In this document: piece by piece, positions 53,835-64,000 of the stretch | Layout of the letters: each line of letters starts with the position of its first letter | Position numbering within the stretch: the first letter of the stretch is position 1 | Source: Candidatus Latescibacterota bacterium | GTDB taxonomy: Bacteria > Latescibacterota > UBA2968 > UBA8231 | Direction of reading: 5' to 3' | Assembly (NCBI GenBank): GCA_965223905.1 | Contig: CBDCXV010000001.1 | Span: 704,001-768,000 of the forward strand | Length of the DNA: 64,000 nt | Made by a program: the position numbers and the translations under genes | Notes under the pieces: model-generated | What the model was told of the DNA's origin: nothing | The model's input: the letters and a program-made list of their open reading frames with translations, nothing else | The model's database searches: none

Positions 53835-56204
53835 TTATTGGAGGACACTCGTCTTCAGGGTGACACCGAACTGCATCGGGTCGCCGTAGCTGAGGTAGAG
53901 GGTGTCTTCGTAGTCGGGCGGCTCCAGCCCGAAATAGAAGCCGCGCACCGCGTAGCGCTGATCGAGGAGATTGCGTCCCCACAGGGAGAGGCTCCAGGAT
54001 CCCGACGCGTACTCGAGGCTGCCGTTTAGGAGCTGGTACGGCTCCGACTTCTGCTCGTGGCTGTCGGAAAAGAAGAACTCGCTCATAGCCGACAGCTCGA
54101 GCCGTCCCCTAAGGCCGGAGCGGTGGCGGTAGTCGCCGCCGAGGCGCCAGGTCCGCGCCGGGGCATGGGCCGCGGCCCGGTCGCCCAGCGTCACCTCCCC
54201 GTCTTCGGTCGGGAAGGTGTACTCGTCGACGTGGGTGCCGAGCAGGCCCAGGGAGCCGCTCAGCCGCAGCGACGGCGTCACCCGGAGGCTGTGCTCCAGC
54301 TCGAGGCCGCTGTTGCGCCCGGAGACGGCGTTGGCGGTGAAGTAGAAGAAGCTGTTGGGGTCTCCCGGATCCTGCTGGCTCGACAGCTCGACCTGCTGGT
54401 CGGACCGCAGGGCGTGGAAGAAGGTCAGGGCCGTGGTCGCGCGCGTTCCCGAGGCGCGGTACCCCAGCTCCCAGTTGAGCAGGTACTCCGGATCGAAGGG
54501 GCGGCTGGAGGGGGCCAGCCGCGGGTGCTGGTTGACCCCGCCGGCGCGGAACCCCCGCGAGACCGCGGCGTACAGGTTGCGGTTCGGCGCCAGGGTGTAC
54601 GTCAGCGCCAGCTTGCCCCCGGGCAGCCACTGGGTGACCTCGAACTCCACCTGCTCGGCACCGGAGTTGGTGGTCCCCTCGTACGAGGTGGCGTTGCGGT
54701 CGACGCGGGCGTTGAGCGCCAGCCCCCAACCGCGGGAAAGCTCGCCGCCGTACTGGCCGTAGAAGGCGAGGTCGGCGATGTCGAAACGGCTCTGCAGGTC
54801 GGTGGCGTCGCCGCCGAACAGGTAGCCGCCGGCATCGTCGTTCTCCCGCAGGGACTTCAGGTAGGCGCCGGCGACGAGGTCGCCGCTTCCGTCGCGGTCC
54901 TCCTTCAGCAGCCTGACCTCCTGCGTGAAGGTGGTGCGGTCCCGGAGGTTGCGGTCGAAGAAGTCGTAGCTCCATCCCTGCTCGTCCGGGTCGAAGCCGT
55001 ACGGCTCCTGCTTCCAGAACTCGTCGTTGCCCCAGTCGCCGTCGTAGCTGTGCTCGACCTCGGTCCGCCCATATGAGGTGATCGAAACCAGCTCGGTGCC
55101 GGCCGCCGGCAACGGCAGCCTGCCGCGCAGGGAAAGGGCGCTGGTCGTCTGGCTGTCCCTGCCGGGATTGTCGGAGTAGGTGACCAGGTCTTCGTTGTTG
55201 TCGGGCACCCAGACGTCGTAGCCGTTGTCGAGGTCGGCGCGAAAAACCGTGGCGACCAGGGCCGCCCCGGCGTCGTTCTCGTAGCGGAGCTTCGCCCGCG
55301 CCAGGGTTTCCCGGCGGCGGTTCGAATCGTCGATTCCAAGGTGCCGGTTCTCCCGGAAGCCGTTGGACCGTCCCCAGCTGCCCGTGATCCGCAGGGCCAG
55401 CTCCTCCCCGGCCGGGACGTTGAAGGTCGGGGAGATGCGCAGCAGGCCGTCGCCGCCGGCCGTGACGGCTCCCCCCAGGCTCCTGGACCGGGTGGGATCG
55501 GCCGACCTCAGGCTGATCAGCCCGGCCATCGCGTTCGGCCCGAAGATCGTCGACTGGGGCCCCTTGAAGACCTCGGCCTGATCGAGGTCGTGCAGCATCC
55601 CGGCCATGCCGAGGCCGCTCAGGTCGACGTCGTCCATCACGAAGCCGACCGAAAAGCTGGGCGGCCCTTCCCCGGCGTAGTGGCTGCGCTCGCCCATGCC
55701 GCGAATCTGGAAATAGCGGGGCCGCGATGTTCCGCCGGCCCAGTTGAGATTGGGAACGGCGGCAATCAGCTCTTGCAGGTGAGCCCCGCCGGTGGCCTCC
55801 ATGCGGGCCCGGTCGAGTACCGTCACCGCGGAGGAAACCTCGCCGAGCGCCTGTTCCGTGAGCCCACCCGTGACGACCGTTTCCGGTACCGGCAGGGCCA
55901 CCGGGAGCAGCCGTACGGTGATCGGACCCGGGGCTCCCGGCAGCGCGCGAACGACCGCGGGCTCGTACCCGACGTGGCTGACCGCAGCCGAGTCCCCCGC
56001 TGCCAGCCGCAGCTCGAAGCGGCCGTCTGCGTCCGTGGTGACGGCGAGATCTCTGGTGGTGAGGTTGGCGCCCGCGAGGGGCTCGCCGGTCGCCGCGTCT
56101 ACGACCGTGCCGCGCACGGTGTCCGGCGCAGCGTCAGCAGTGGCCGCGGCGATCAGGAGGGCGACCAGGGCCGGAAGGGCGCGGAACAGACTCGGGTTGC
56201 GCAT
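53835..56204 (-). CDS. TonB-dependent receptor, probably for thiamine
   Basis: Signal peptide, carboxypeptidase-regulatory-like N-domain, plug RPRYFQIRG.GE and EVFKGPQSTIFG.NA.AG, beta-barrel. It lies under a TPP riboswitch and upstream of thiN. Confidence 0.92.
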   Translation of the reverse strand: MRNPSLFRALPALVALLIAAATADAAPDTVRGTVVDAATGEPLAGANLTTRDLAVTTDADGRFELRLAAGDSAAVSHVGYEPAVVRALPGAPGPITVRLLPVALPVPETVVTGGLTEQALGEVSSAVTVLDRARMEATGGAHLQELIAAVPNLNWAGGTSRPRYFQIRGMGERSHYAGEGPPSFSVGFVMDDVDLSGLGMAGMLHDLDQAEVFKGPQSTIFGPNAMAGLISLRSADPTRSRSLGGAVTAGGDGLLRISPTFNVPAGEELALRITGSWGRSNGFRENRHLGIDDSNRRRETLARAKLRYENDAGAALVATVFRADLDNGYDVWVPDNNEDLVTYSDNPGRDSQTTSALSLRGRLPLPAAGTELVSITSYGRTEVEHSYDGDWGNDEFWKQEPYGFDPDEQGWSYDFFDRNLRDRTTFTQEVRLLKEDRDGSGDLVAGAYLKSLRENDDAGGYLFGGDATDLQSRFDIADLAFYGQYGGELSRGWGLALNARVDRNATSYEGTTNSGAEQVEFEVTQWLPGGKLALTYTLAPNRNLYAAVSRGFRAGGVNQHPRLAPSSRPFDPEYLLNWELGYRASGTRATTALTFFHALRSDQQVELSSQQDPGDPNSFFYFTANAVSGRNSGLELEHSLRVTPSLRLSGSLGLLGTHVDEYTFPTEDGEVTLGDRAAAHAPARTWRLGGDYRHRSGLRGRLELSAMSEFFFSDSHEQKSEPYQLLNGSLEYASGSWSLSLWGRNLLDQRYAVRGFYFGLEPPDYEDTLYLSYGDPMQFGVTLKTSVLQ

Positions 56205-56255
56205 AAGAAAAGCCGCTTTCTCCAGGTACGGGGAAAACGGCCATTTTCGGGCGCT

Positions 56256-56342
56256 CTTCCGCTTTCCCTACGCTGGCATGATCCAGGTCAGGTTCGAAGG
56301 GTTTCTGATCTCAGGCCGGATGACCGGCCACCCCCAACGGAT
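56256..56342 (-). ncRNA. TPP riboswitch (THI element)
   Basis: Minus strand reads GGGGGTG...CTGAGA..ACCCTTCGAACCTGACCTGGATCATGCCAGCGTAGGGA, with P1 TCCGTT/AGCGGA. Confidence 0.96.
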
Positions 56343-56439
56343 GTTGTCTCCAAGGTAGGGGACCGGGCAGCAGGAGGCAACGGGCGGTATCTTCGAGCAG
56401 AGAGGATAATGAAGATCACCCCAGCAGAGAGAAATACCG

Positions 56440-57210
56440 ATGCTCCTTGCAGATCGAGTTCGCCATCGTCACCGGCGGCGGCCGGGGGATCGGCCGCCGC
56501 ATCGCAACACGGTTCGCCCGTGAAGGAGCCGCCATCGTCGTCGCCGAGATCGACGGCGACACCGGTCCGTCGACCCGTCAGCTGATCGAGGACGAGGGCG
56601 GACGGGCACTTTTCGTGCGCACCGATGTGTCCTCCGCCGACTCGGTGGCGGGACTCGTCGAAGCCGGCGGCAGCGAGTTCGGCCGTATCGACGTGCTGGT
56701 CAACAACGGCGCCGCTACCGGTCACCGGGGCGGGTTCCTCGACGTGGACCTGGCCACCTGGAACCGGATCACCGCGGTGAATCACACCGGACTGTTCCTC
56801 ACCTGCCAGGCGGTGGCCCGCGCCATGGCCGAGGGTGGAGGCGGCAGCATCGTCAACATCTCGTCCGTGAACGGCGTCATCCCCAGAGGCGGAACTTCAC
56901 CTACGGCGCCACCAAGGCTTCCATGCTGAACCTGACGCGCGGGATGGCGGTAGAGCTGACCCACCTCGGCATCCGGGTGAACGCGATCTGCCCGGGATCG
57001 ATCCAGTCTCACCTGCCTCCGGACGAGGAACCGGCGCCGGTGGCCATGGCCCTGATGGGCCGCAACGGACGCCCGGAAGAGATCGCCAGCGTGGCCGCCT
57101 TCCTGGCTTCCGACGAGTCCAGCTACATGACCGGCCAAGTCCTGGTCGTCGACGGCGGCGCCCTGGTCAACAGCTACAACATCTACCAGGAGCCGCGGTT
57201 GGACGCCTGA
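56440..57210 (+). CDS. SDR-family oxidoreductase with two apparent frameshifts (near 56460 and 56881)
   Basis: Reconstructs as MLLADRV/AIVTGGGRGIG...NNGA...NISS...P/QRRNFTYGATK...RVNAICPG...YMTGQVLVVDGG. The YxxxK motif lies in the shifted frame. Confidence 0.8.
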
Positions 57211-57384
57211 AGCGGCCGTTGAAGGCCATGCGCCAGGTTCTGGGACCGGAGACCACGGCCTCGCGGTCCGTGTCGGTCCTGCCGCCGAGGCAAGCGGCCA
57301 GCGACGGCAGTCGAGTTCGGGGCCCGGCGTCAGGCCCTCCCATTCGAGGAAGCCGGCCGTCGGCCGAGGGTCGGCGGCGGCACC

Positions 57385-59101
57385 TCACTCCGTAGTTCCG
57401 ATGGCGCGGCGCGCCCGCTGGGTCATCTCCTCCGGGCTCCACTTCGGCTCGCGCACCAGCCGGACGTCGACGGCGCCCACCTCGCGAAGGCGGGCCCGGA
57501 TCGCCTTCTCCGCCTCGTCGGCGAACCACCCGAACCACGTCTCCCGGCCGGCGTATGGCATGACGAAGTCGAGACGGATGTCGTTGCCGTGTATGGAGAC
57601 GCCGCGCACGACACCGATGTCGACGAAACTCAGCTGCTTGGCGCCCCAGGGCGAGCCGCGCACGTACAGTTCGAATTCGTTCGTAGCCCGCAGGGCGTCC
57701 ATGACGTTCGCCACGCTCACGACCTTGGGCAGCGGCGTCGCCTCGGCCTGCTCGAGCGGCTGCAGGAGCCGCTCCTGGTGTCCCACGAGGTCGGCGAAGC
57801 CTTTGTGAGGGCCCCCCTCCTCGAACCGGTGCAGCACGTAGGCGTTGCGTTCGTGGACGCGGTCTCCGGCACGCATCGCCGCGTGAAGCACGGGGTACCG
57901 GACCCAGATGCCGCGGCCGCCGATGCTCACCGTCGCCGGCTGGTCCCAATCGGGGTTCGTGTTCTCGAAGGCCAGGTGGACGCTGCCGAACCCCTCCCCC
58001 GTTGCCCGGCTGAAGTAGGTCATCCACCGCGGATCCTGGTTCCCCCACCCCCGCGGCCCAAACCGATGTCGCCGTCGGGACCATCCAGGCCATCTCCGCA
58101 GGTCGCCGCCGAGGACGAACTCGTCGTTGCGGCAGTCGCGGAAGCGCGCGTCTTCAAGGACCTCGAGCGTCGACTCCATGACGAAGTAGGGCTGGCCGGC
58201 CCAGAAGGTGTAGATCACGCTGGCGCTGACCTTGTGCGGGCGTCCGACCTCGGGTCCCAGCGACAGGATCGGGTGTCCCCGGCGCCGCACCCGTACGCAG
58301 ATCGGTCCGCGGACGACGCCGTAGTCGAACAGCGGCGGACCGTCCCAGCTCGTGAGACGGTAGCGGCCGACGCGTTCGTCGCTCCAGTCGGGGCCCCAGT
58401 GGATCGTACCCTCCACCCCGTGGCCGCCCGCCATCGGCGGCCCGGCACCGACGAAAGCGGCCTGCCCGCCTTTCGGAACAGGCTCTTCAGGTTGCCGTTG
58501 CTGGGCGCCAGCTGCGCGCGGAAGTAGCGGTTGTCGACCGACAGCCCGTACCCGTCCCCGGTCGCCGACAGATCCGTGTCGTACGCAGGCGCCGCTGCCG
58601 CGGCGTTGCCGTACAGGACGAGATAGGTCTGGTCGCCCCGGGCGGGCACGTTGGCGAGGAAGAACAGCCGGGCACGCCGCACGCCATCCTCCGGGACGAC
58701 GCAGCAGATCTGGCTGGGCACCTCGACGGGACCCTCCTGGCCGAGGCGGGCGACCCGCACCTCGCGGGCGGGGTCGGCGACCTGGTCGTCGTGGACGACG
58801 ACCTCCACCTCGACGGGCTCGGCCCGCCGCGGCCGCTCGGAGGTGTTCGTCAGTTTCAGGCGCTTGACGAAGGTCCAGGCTCCAGCCCAGGACTCGGCAA
58901 CCGCCGGCAGGTCGGCCACGTGATCCCAGTCGTGGACCGGCAGGCGGAGCGGGGCTCAGCCGCAGGGGCGGGAACCTGGGCCAACGCCCTGCCAAGCATC
59001 AGGCCGAGGGCTGAAAGGATCAGCCAGTTCAGGCGGACCCAGCCTCGTTGCGGGGTGCAGGACGCCCCCCGAACACGGGTAGCGGTATTCGACGCGATCA
59101 T
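57385..59101 (-). CDS. Putative exported protein with C-terminal DUF59/SufT-like domain, interrupted by several single-base deletions
   Basis: ORF pieces 58856-59101, 58215-58919 and 57385-58995 join if one base is restored in short C/G runs near 58972 and 58475. The C-terminus SFVDIGVVRGV...PKWSPEEMT..AR..IG resembles DUF59. Confidence 0.65.
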
Positions 59102-59122
59102 CCGGTTCTCAGGACGCTCCTC

Positions 59123-60589
59123 TCAGGGACGGTTCGCCGACCGGTAGTTGAGCAGCGCCGCGCGGCGCTGTCCCGGGCCGGTCCACGGCAGCGCGCCGTG
59201 GGTCTGGGCTGCGCCCATGAACAGCACCACGTCCCCGGCGCTGCAGGTCAGGTGACGGACCAGCCCCAGATCGTCCGTGCACAGCTCGACGCCCCGCGGC
59301 AGGGGGTAACGGGCCTTGTGGCTGCCGGGCACGTACACGAACCCGCCCTCCCCTCGCCCACATCGCCGAGCTGCCAGGCGACGTTGACGGACTCGCACTG
59401 GGTGCGCCCGTTCTGGAAAGCGTAATGGTTGCGGCTGCGGGCCGGCTCGCCGCCGCCGTGCAGGTACAGCCCCGATGAACCCGGTTCGTAGCACATGGCT
59501 CGCGCCGGGCCGAGGCGGAAACCACTGCCCATCATCCAGTTCAGCCGCTGCACGACTGCGGGATGGGCGATCATGGCGCGGAAGGGCTCACAGTGGGGGG
59601 GCGGCAGCTCGAACAGGCCGGACAGCGAGGCCAGGGGAGTTCCCGTCAGCCGCTGCGATTCCCGGTGAGGCGCCCCACCCTGATGCACGCGGTCGGCGCA
59701 GGCATCGAGGGCCTCGTTCGCCTCCCGCAGCCACGCCGGGTCCATCACTCCGGGCAGCATCAGGTGACCGCACAGGTCCCAGTGGTAGAACTCGGCCTCG
59801 TCGATGCCGGAGTCGGGGTTGCGGCCGTAGATCGTGGGGTGGAAAGGGCCGTCCATTTCGTCGTGGCTGCAGGCCCGCCCGTCGGAGCGCACCGTCGGCG
59901 CCGGCCCGCCCGTCGAGGGGGTCGCGATGGCCCTGGCGCTGGGAGGCAGATCCCGCACCCAGGCAGGGGGCGGCTGCTCGTCCGGCTGCGGCAGGCTGCG
60001 CCGCGCCTCGGCGGCGACGAAGCGGCAGGCAAGCAGGGGCCTGGCCTCTCCGCGCCAGGGGCGCATCCCGTGCAGCGTCGAGGCGGCGCACAGCAGCAGG
60101 TCCCCGGCGGCGAGTGCCGGCTGTACCCACAGACCCATGTCGCGGCTGCCGTCGCGCACGCCTGCGGGAGTCTCGACGTTGCTCCTGTGGCTGGCCGCCA
60201 CGAGGTGGAAGCCCCCGGCTTTCCCGGGCACGTCGGACAGGGCCCAGACGGCGAGCAGCCCCTGGCACAGCTGCACGTCGTTCTGCTGCAGGTAGCCGCG
60301 GGCCCAGTGCTGCGGCTCGTTGCCGCCCTGAACCGCCGACGGGAACCCCGCGGCCGGCGCCTCCAGGGGCTGCGCCGGCTGATCGAGGAAGGCCTCGTCG
60401 CCGCAGAGCTCGTGTACGTAGGCGGCCAGCACGGGACGCTCGTCGAGTTCCGGCCAGTCGAGGGAGGCGGCCTGCGCCCCGGCCTCCTGGAGGCGCTCGC
60501 GACAGGCGGCGGCCTCATCGGGGAACAGGGCTCCCTTCACGACCAGGTACCCGGCCACGTCCAGCCTGGTAGTGCTCTTCGAGCTTCAT
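59123..60589 (-). CDS. Tandem two-domain PhyH-family protein with two apparent frameshifts (near 60568 and 59352)
   Basis: Domain 1: MKLEEHY/RLDVAGYL...GGFHLVAASHR...AGDLLL...LHGMRPW. Domain 2: YHWDLCGHL...LHGGG...GEG/EGGFVYVPGSHK...AGDVVLF...THGALPW. Confidence 0.78.
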
Positions 60590-60885
60590 CGCAGGCGTTG
60601 CTGGATGCGGCCGACGTCGTCGGTCGTCCAGGTGATGTCGAGGCATCGGCATCCGGCCTGCAGGCTGTGCAGGCGATGCTGCCGATACAGCGAGATGATT
60701 TTGCGCGTGACTTCGGCCTGTGTTTCACTGTACCAGGGTTATTGGAGAAGAGAAAGCCTGCACCCTGTTTTTCCGGGAGTTGCCACAAGGAACGGCCGTG
60801 AGGATCAGCAGCTTGTGCCGGCCTCGGTTCCTCCGAAGATCGGGGATATCGGCCGGGCAACCAATCCCTCACGAGGAGAACGTGA

Positions 60886-62061
60886 ATGAAGATCACCGAC
60901 GTGCGCACCCTCTGCCTCAGCCGCAGGCACGAACCCGACCTGATCTGGTTCAGCAGCGAGTTCCGTGTCTTCAAGGCGGATTGCCCGGTCGTCGTCATCG
61001 ACACCGACGGCGGCATCCAGGGTATCAGCGAACCGTCTACCTACGGTTATCCGCCGGCCCTGAGGGAGCGCGCCGAGGCGCTGAAATACAAGCTGATCGG
61101 CGAGGACCCGGAGGATCCGGCGCTGGTGCCTGAGAACACCGGACACCGCCTGGGGGACATATACAACGCCGGCATCGAGCTGGCGCTCTGGGACATCCGC
61201 GGCAGGATCGCCGGCAAGCGGGTGGCCGACCTCATCCTCGACGAGCTGCCCGGCTCGCCGCCGCAGCCGCGCGAACGCCTGCGGCTCTACGCCTCGGCCG
61301 GAGTCCAGTACGACTGGGACGACAACCCGGAGTCGGTAATCGACGAGGCCGTCTCCCTCGCCGACCGCGGCTACACCGCCTACAAGATGCGGCTGGGCAC
61401 GGCGTGGAGCTGGTCCGGGGTGACGGTCGAGCGCTTTCTCGAGCTCGCCCAGGCGGTCACCGACGCGGTCGGCAGCCGCATGGAGCTGATGCTGGAGGGG
61501 AACTCCCGCCTCGACGAGGAGCAGGCGCTGCAGACAGGGCGCTGGCTCGACGAGCGCGGGTGGACCTGGTTCGAGGAGCCGCTGCCCAAGGAGGAGGTCG
61601 ACGGGTACGCGCGCCTGAACCGGGCGCTCTCGATCCCGATCACCGGAGGGGAATCGAACAGCCGGCTCGCCGACTTCGAGCCCTTCTTCCAGAAGGGGGC
61701 CTATGCAAAGGGGCAACTCGACGTCGGGGTCTGCACCCTCAGGGAGGCCTTGCGCATCTGCCGCAGGGGTGGCGAATACGGAATCCCCGTCTTCACCCAG
61801 AACTGGCACAACGGCTTGCTGACGGTGGCCAACGCCCACCTGCTCGCCGCCCTTCCCGGGGAGCACGTGCTCGAGCAGTTCGTCGGGCAGGGTCCGCTGC
61901 AGTGGGGGATCATCGAGGAGGATCCGGTTGCCGGCGGATGGTTCACTCTGCCGTCGGGCCCGGGTTGGGGCGTGGAGCTGGCCGGGGACCTCGAGGCGAA
62001 GTTCCCGTGGATTCCCGGCCGCTGGGGAGAGCATGAAGAGCGCCCGGCGAGTCGGGGCTGA
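60886..62061 (+). CDS. Mandelate racemase/muconate lactonizing enzyme family (enolase superfamily)
   Basis: MKITDV, IDTDGGIQGISE, AGIELALWDIRGRIAG, YKMR, WFEEP, GGES, LPSGPGWGVEL. Confidence 0.88.
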   Translation: MKITDVRTLCLSRRHEPDLIWFSSEFRVFKADCPVVVIDTDGGIQGISEPSTYGYPPALRERAEALKYKLIGEDPEDPALVPENTGHRLGDIYNAGIELALWDIRGRIAGKRVADLILDELPGSPPQPRERLRLYASAGVQYDWDDNPESVIDEAVSLADRGYTAYKMRLGTAWSWSGVTVERFLELAQAVTDAVGSRMELMLEGNSRLDEEQALQTGRWLDERGWTWFEEPLPKEEVDGYARLNRALSIPITGGESNSRLADFEPFFQKGAYAKGQLDVGVCTLREALRICRRGGEYGIPVFTQNWHNGLLTVANAHLLAALPGEHVLEQFVGQGPLQWGIIEEDPVAGGWFTLPSGPGWGVELAGDLEAKFPWIPGRWGEHEERPASRG

Positions 62062-62248
62062 AGCAGAAATGCCAGGGACTCCGGGGTTGCGCCGGAAATG
62101 GGGGGCAGCCACTGGTTCCGGTTTTTCCGTCAGCTTGCGGGTCCCGCGCAGGCAGCGAAGACCCGGTCGAGGTGGGCGGCTGTCGGGCCGCAGCGGTCCG
62201 ACAATCAAAAAAAATTCGATCCAGAAGCGCTTCCGAAAGGTCCCGATC

Positions 62249-64000
<1,752 letters not shown>

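Noticed and set aside
56440-60589. Programmed frameshifting or phase variation as the cause of the broken genes
   Set aside because: The runs are only 2-4 nt, there are too many events, and there are no slippery heptamers. Sequencing error is more parsimonious.

Overview
This is a high-GC (about 65-70% by eye) chromosomal window from a diderm bacterium. The gene content suggests the FCB superphylum, most like Candidatus Latescibacterota and possibly a sponge symbiont; this is inference from T9SS/FlgD-type C-terminal tails, mcsA-mcsB-clpC and several PhyH-family genes. Most of the window is housekeeping: hisD/hisB, moaD/moaE, tsaD, ftsK-lolA, frameshifted prfB, lolC/E-lolD, mcsA-mcsB-clpC, bamA-skp-fabZ, pyrB, rpsU, rnd, proA, htpG, ddl, pgl, thiN and a TPP-riboswitch-controlled TonB-dependent receptor. 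The best candidate for an undescribed system is at 5.1-12.1 kb. Two near-consensus tandem sigma70 promoters drive a 1600-aa secreted protein with a lower-GC N-terminal region, two FN3-like modules, a dockerin-like EF-hand pair, a cohesin-like module and a T9SS-type tail. A second cohesin-like, T9SS-tailed protein follows, and neither has a recognisable catalytic domain. This could be a non-cellulosomal, self-assembling cohesin-dockerin surface layer, next to GT4 and GT-C glycosyltransferases. Other notable points are a bS21 with an RGG + (GGYGSGGGG)x5 tail, PhyH-family enzymes with halogenase-like HxS/HxG iron motifs, a bamA-skp-fabZ cluster lacking lpx genes, a pyrL-like attenuator ahead of pyrB, and a cluster of single-base indels at 56.4-60.6 kb that look like sequencing errors. 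I found no CRISPR array, rRNA, tRNA, transposase or integrase. Domain calls are by eye, not from database searches.
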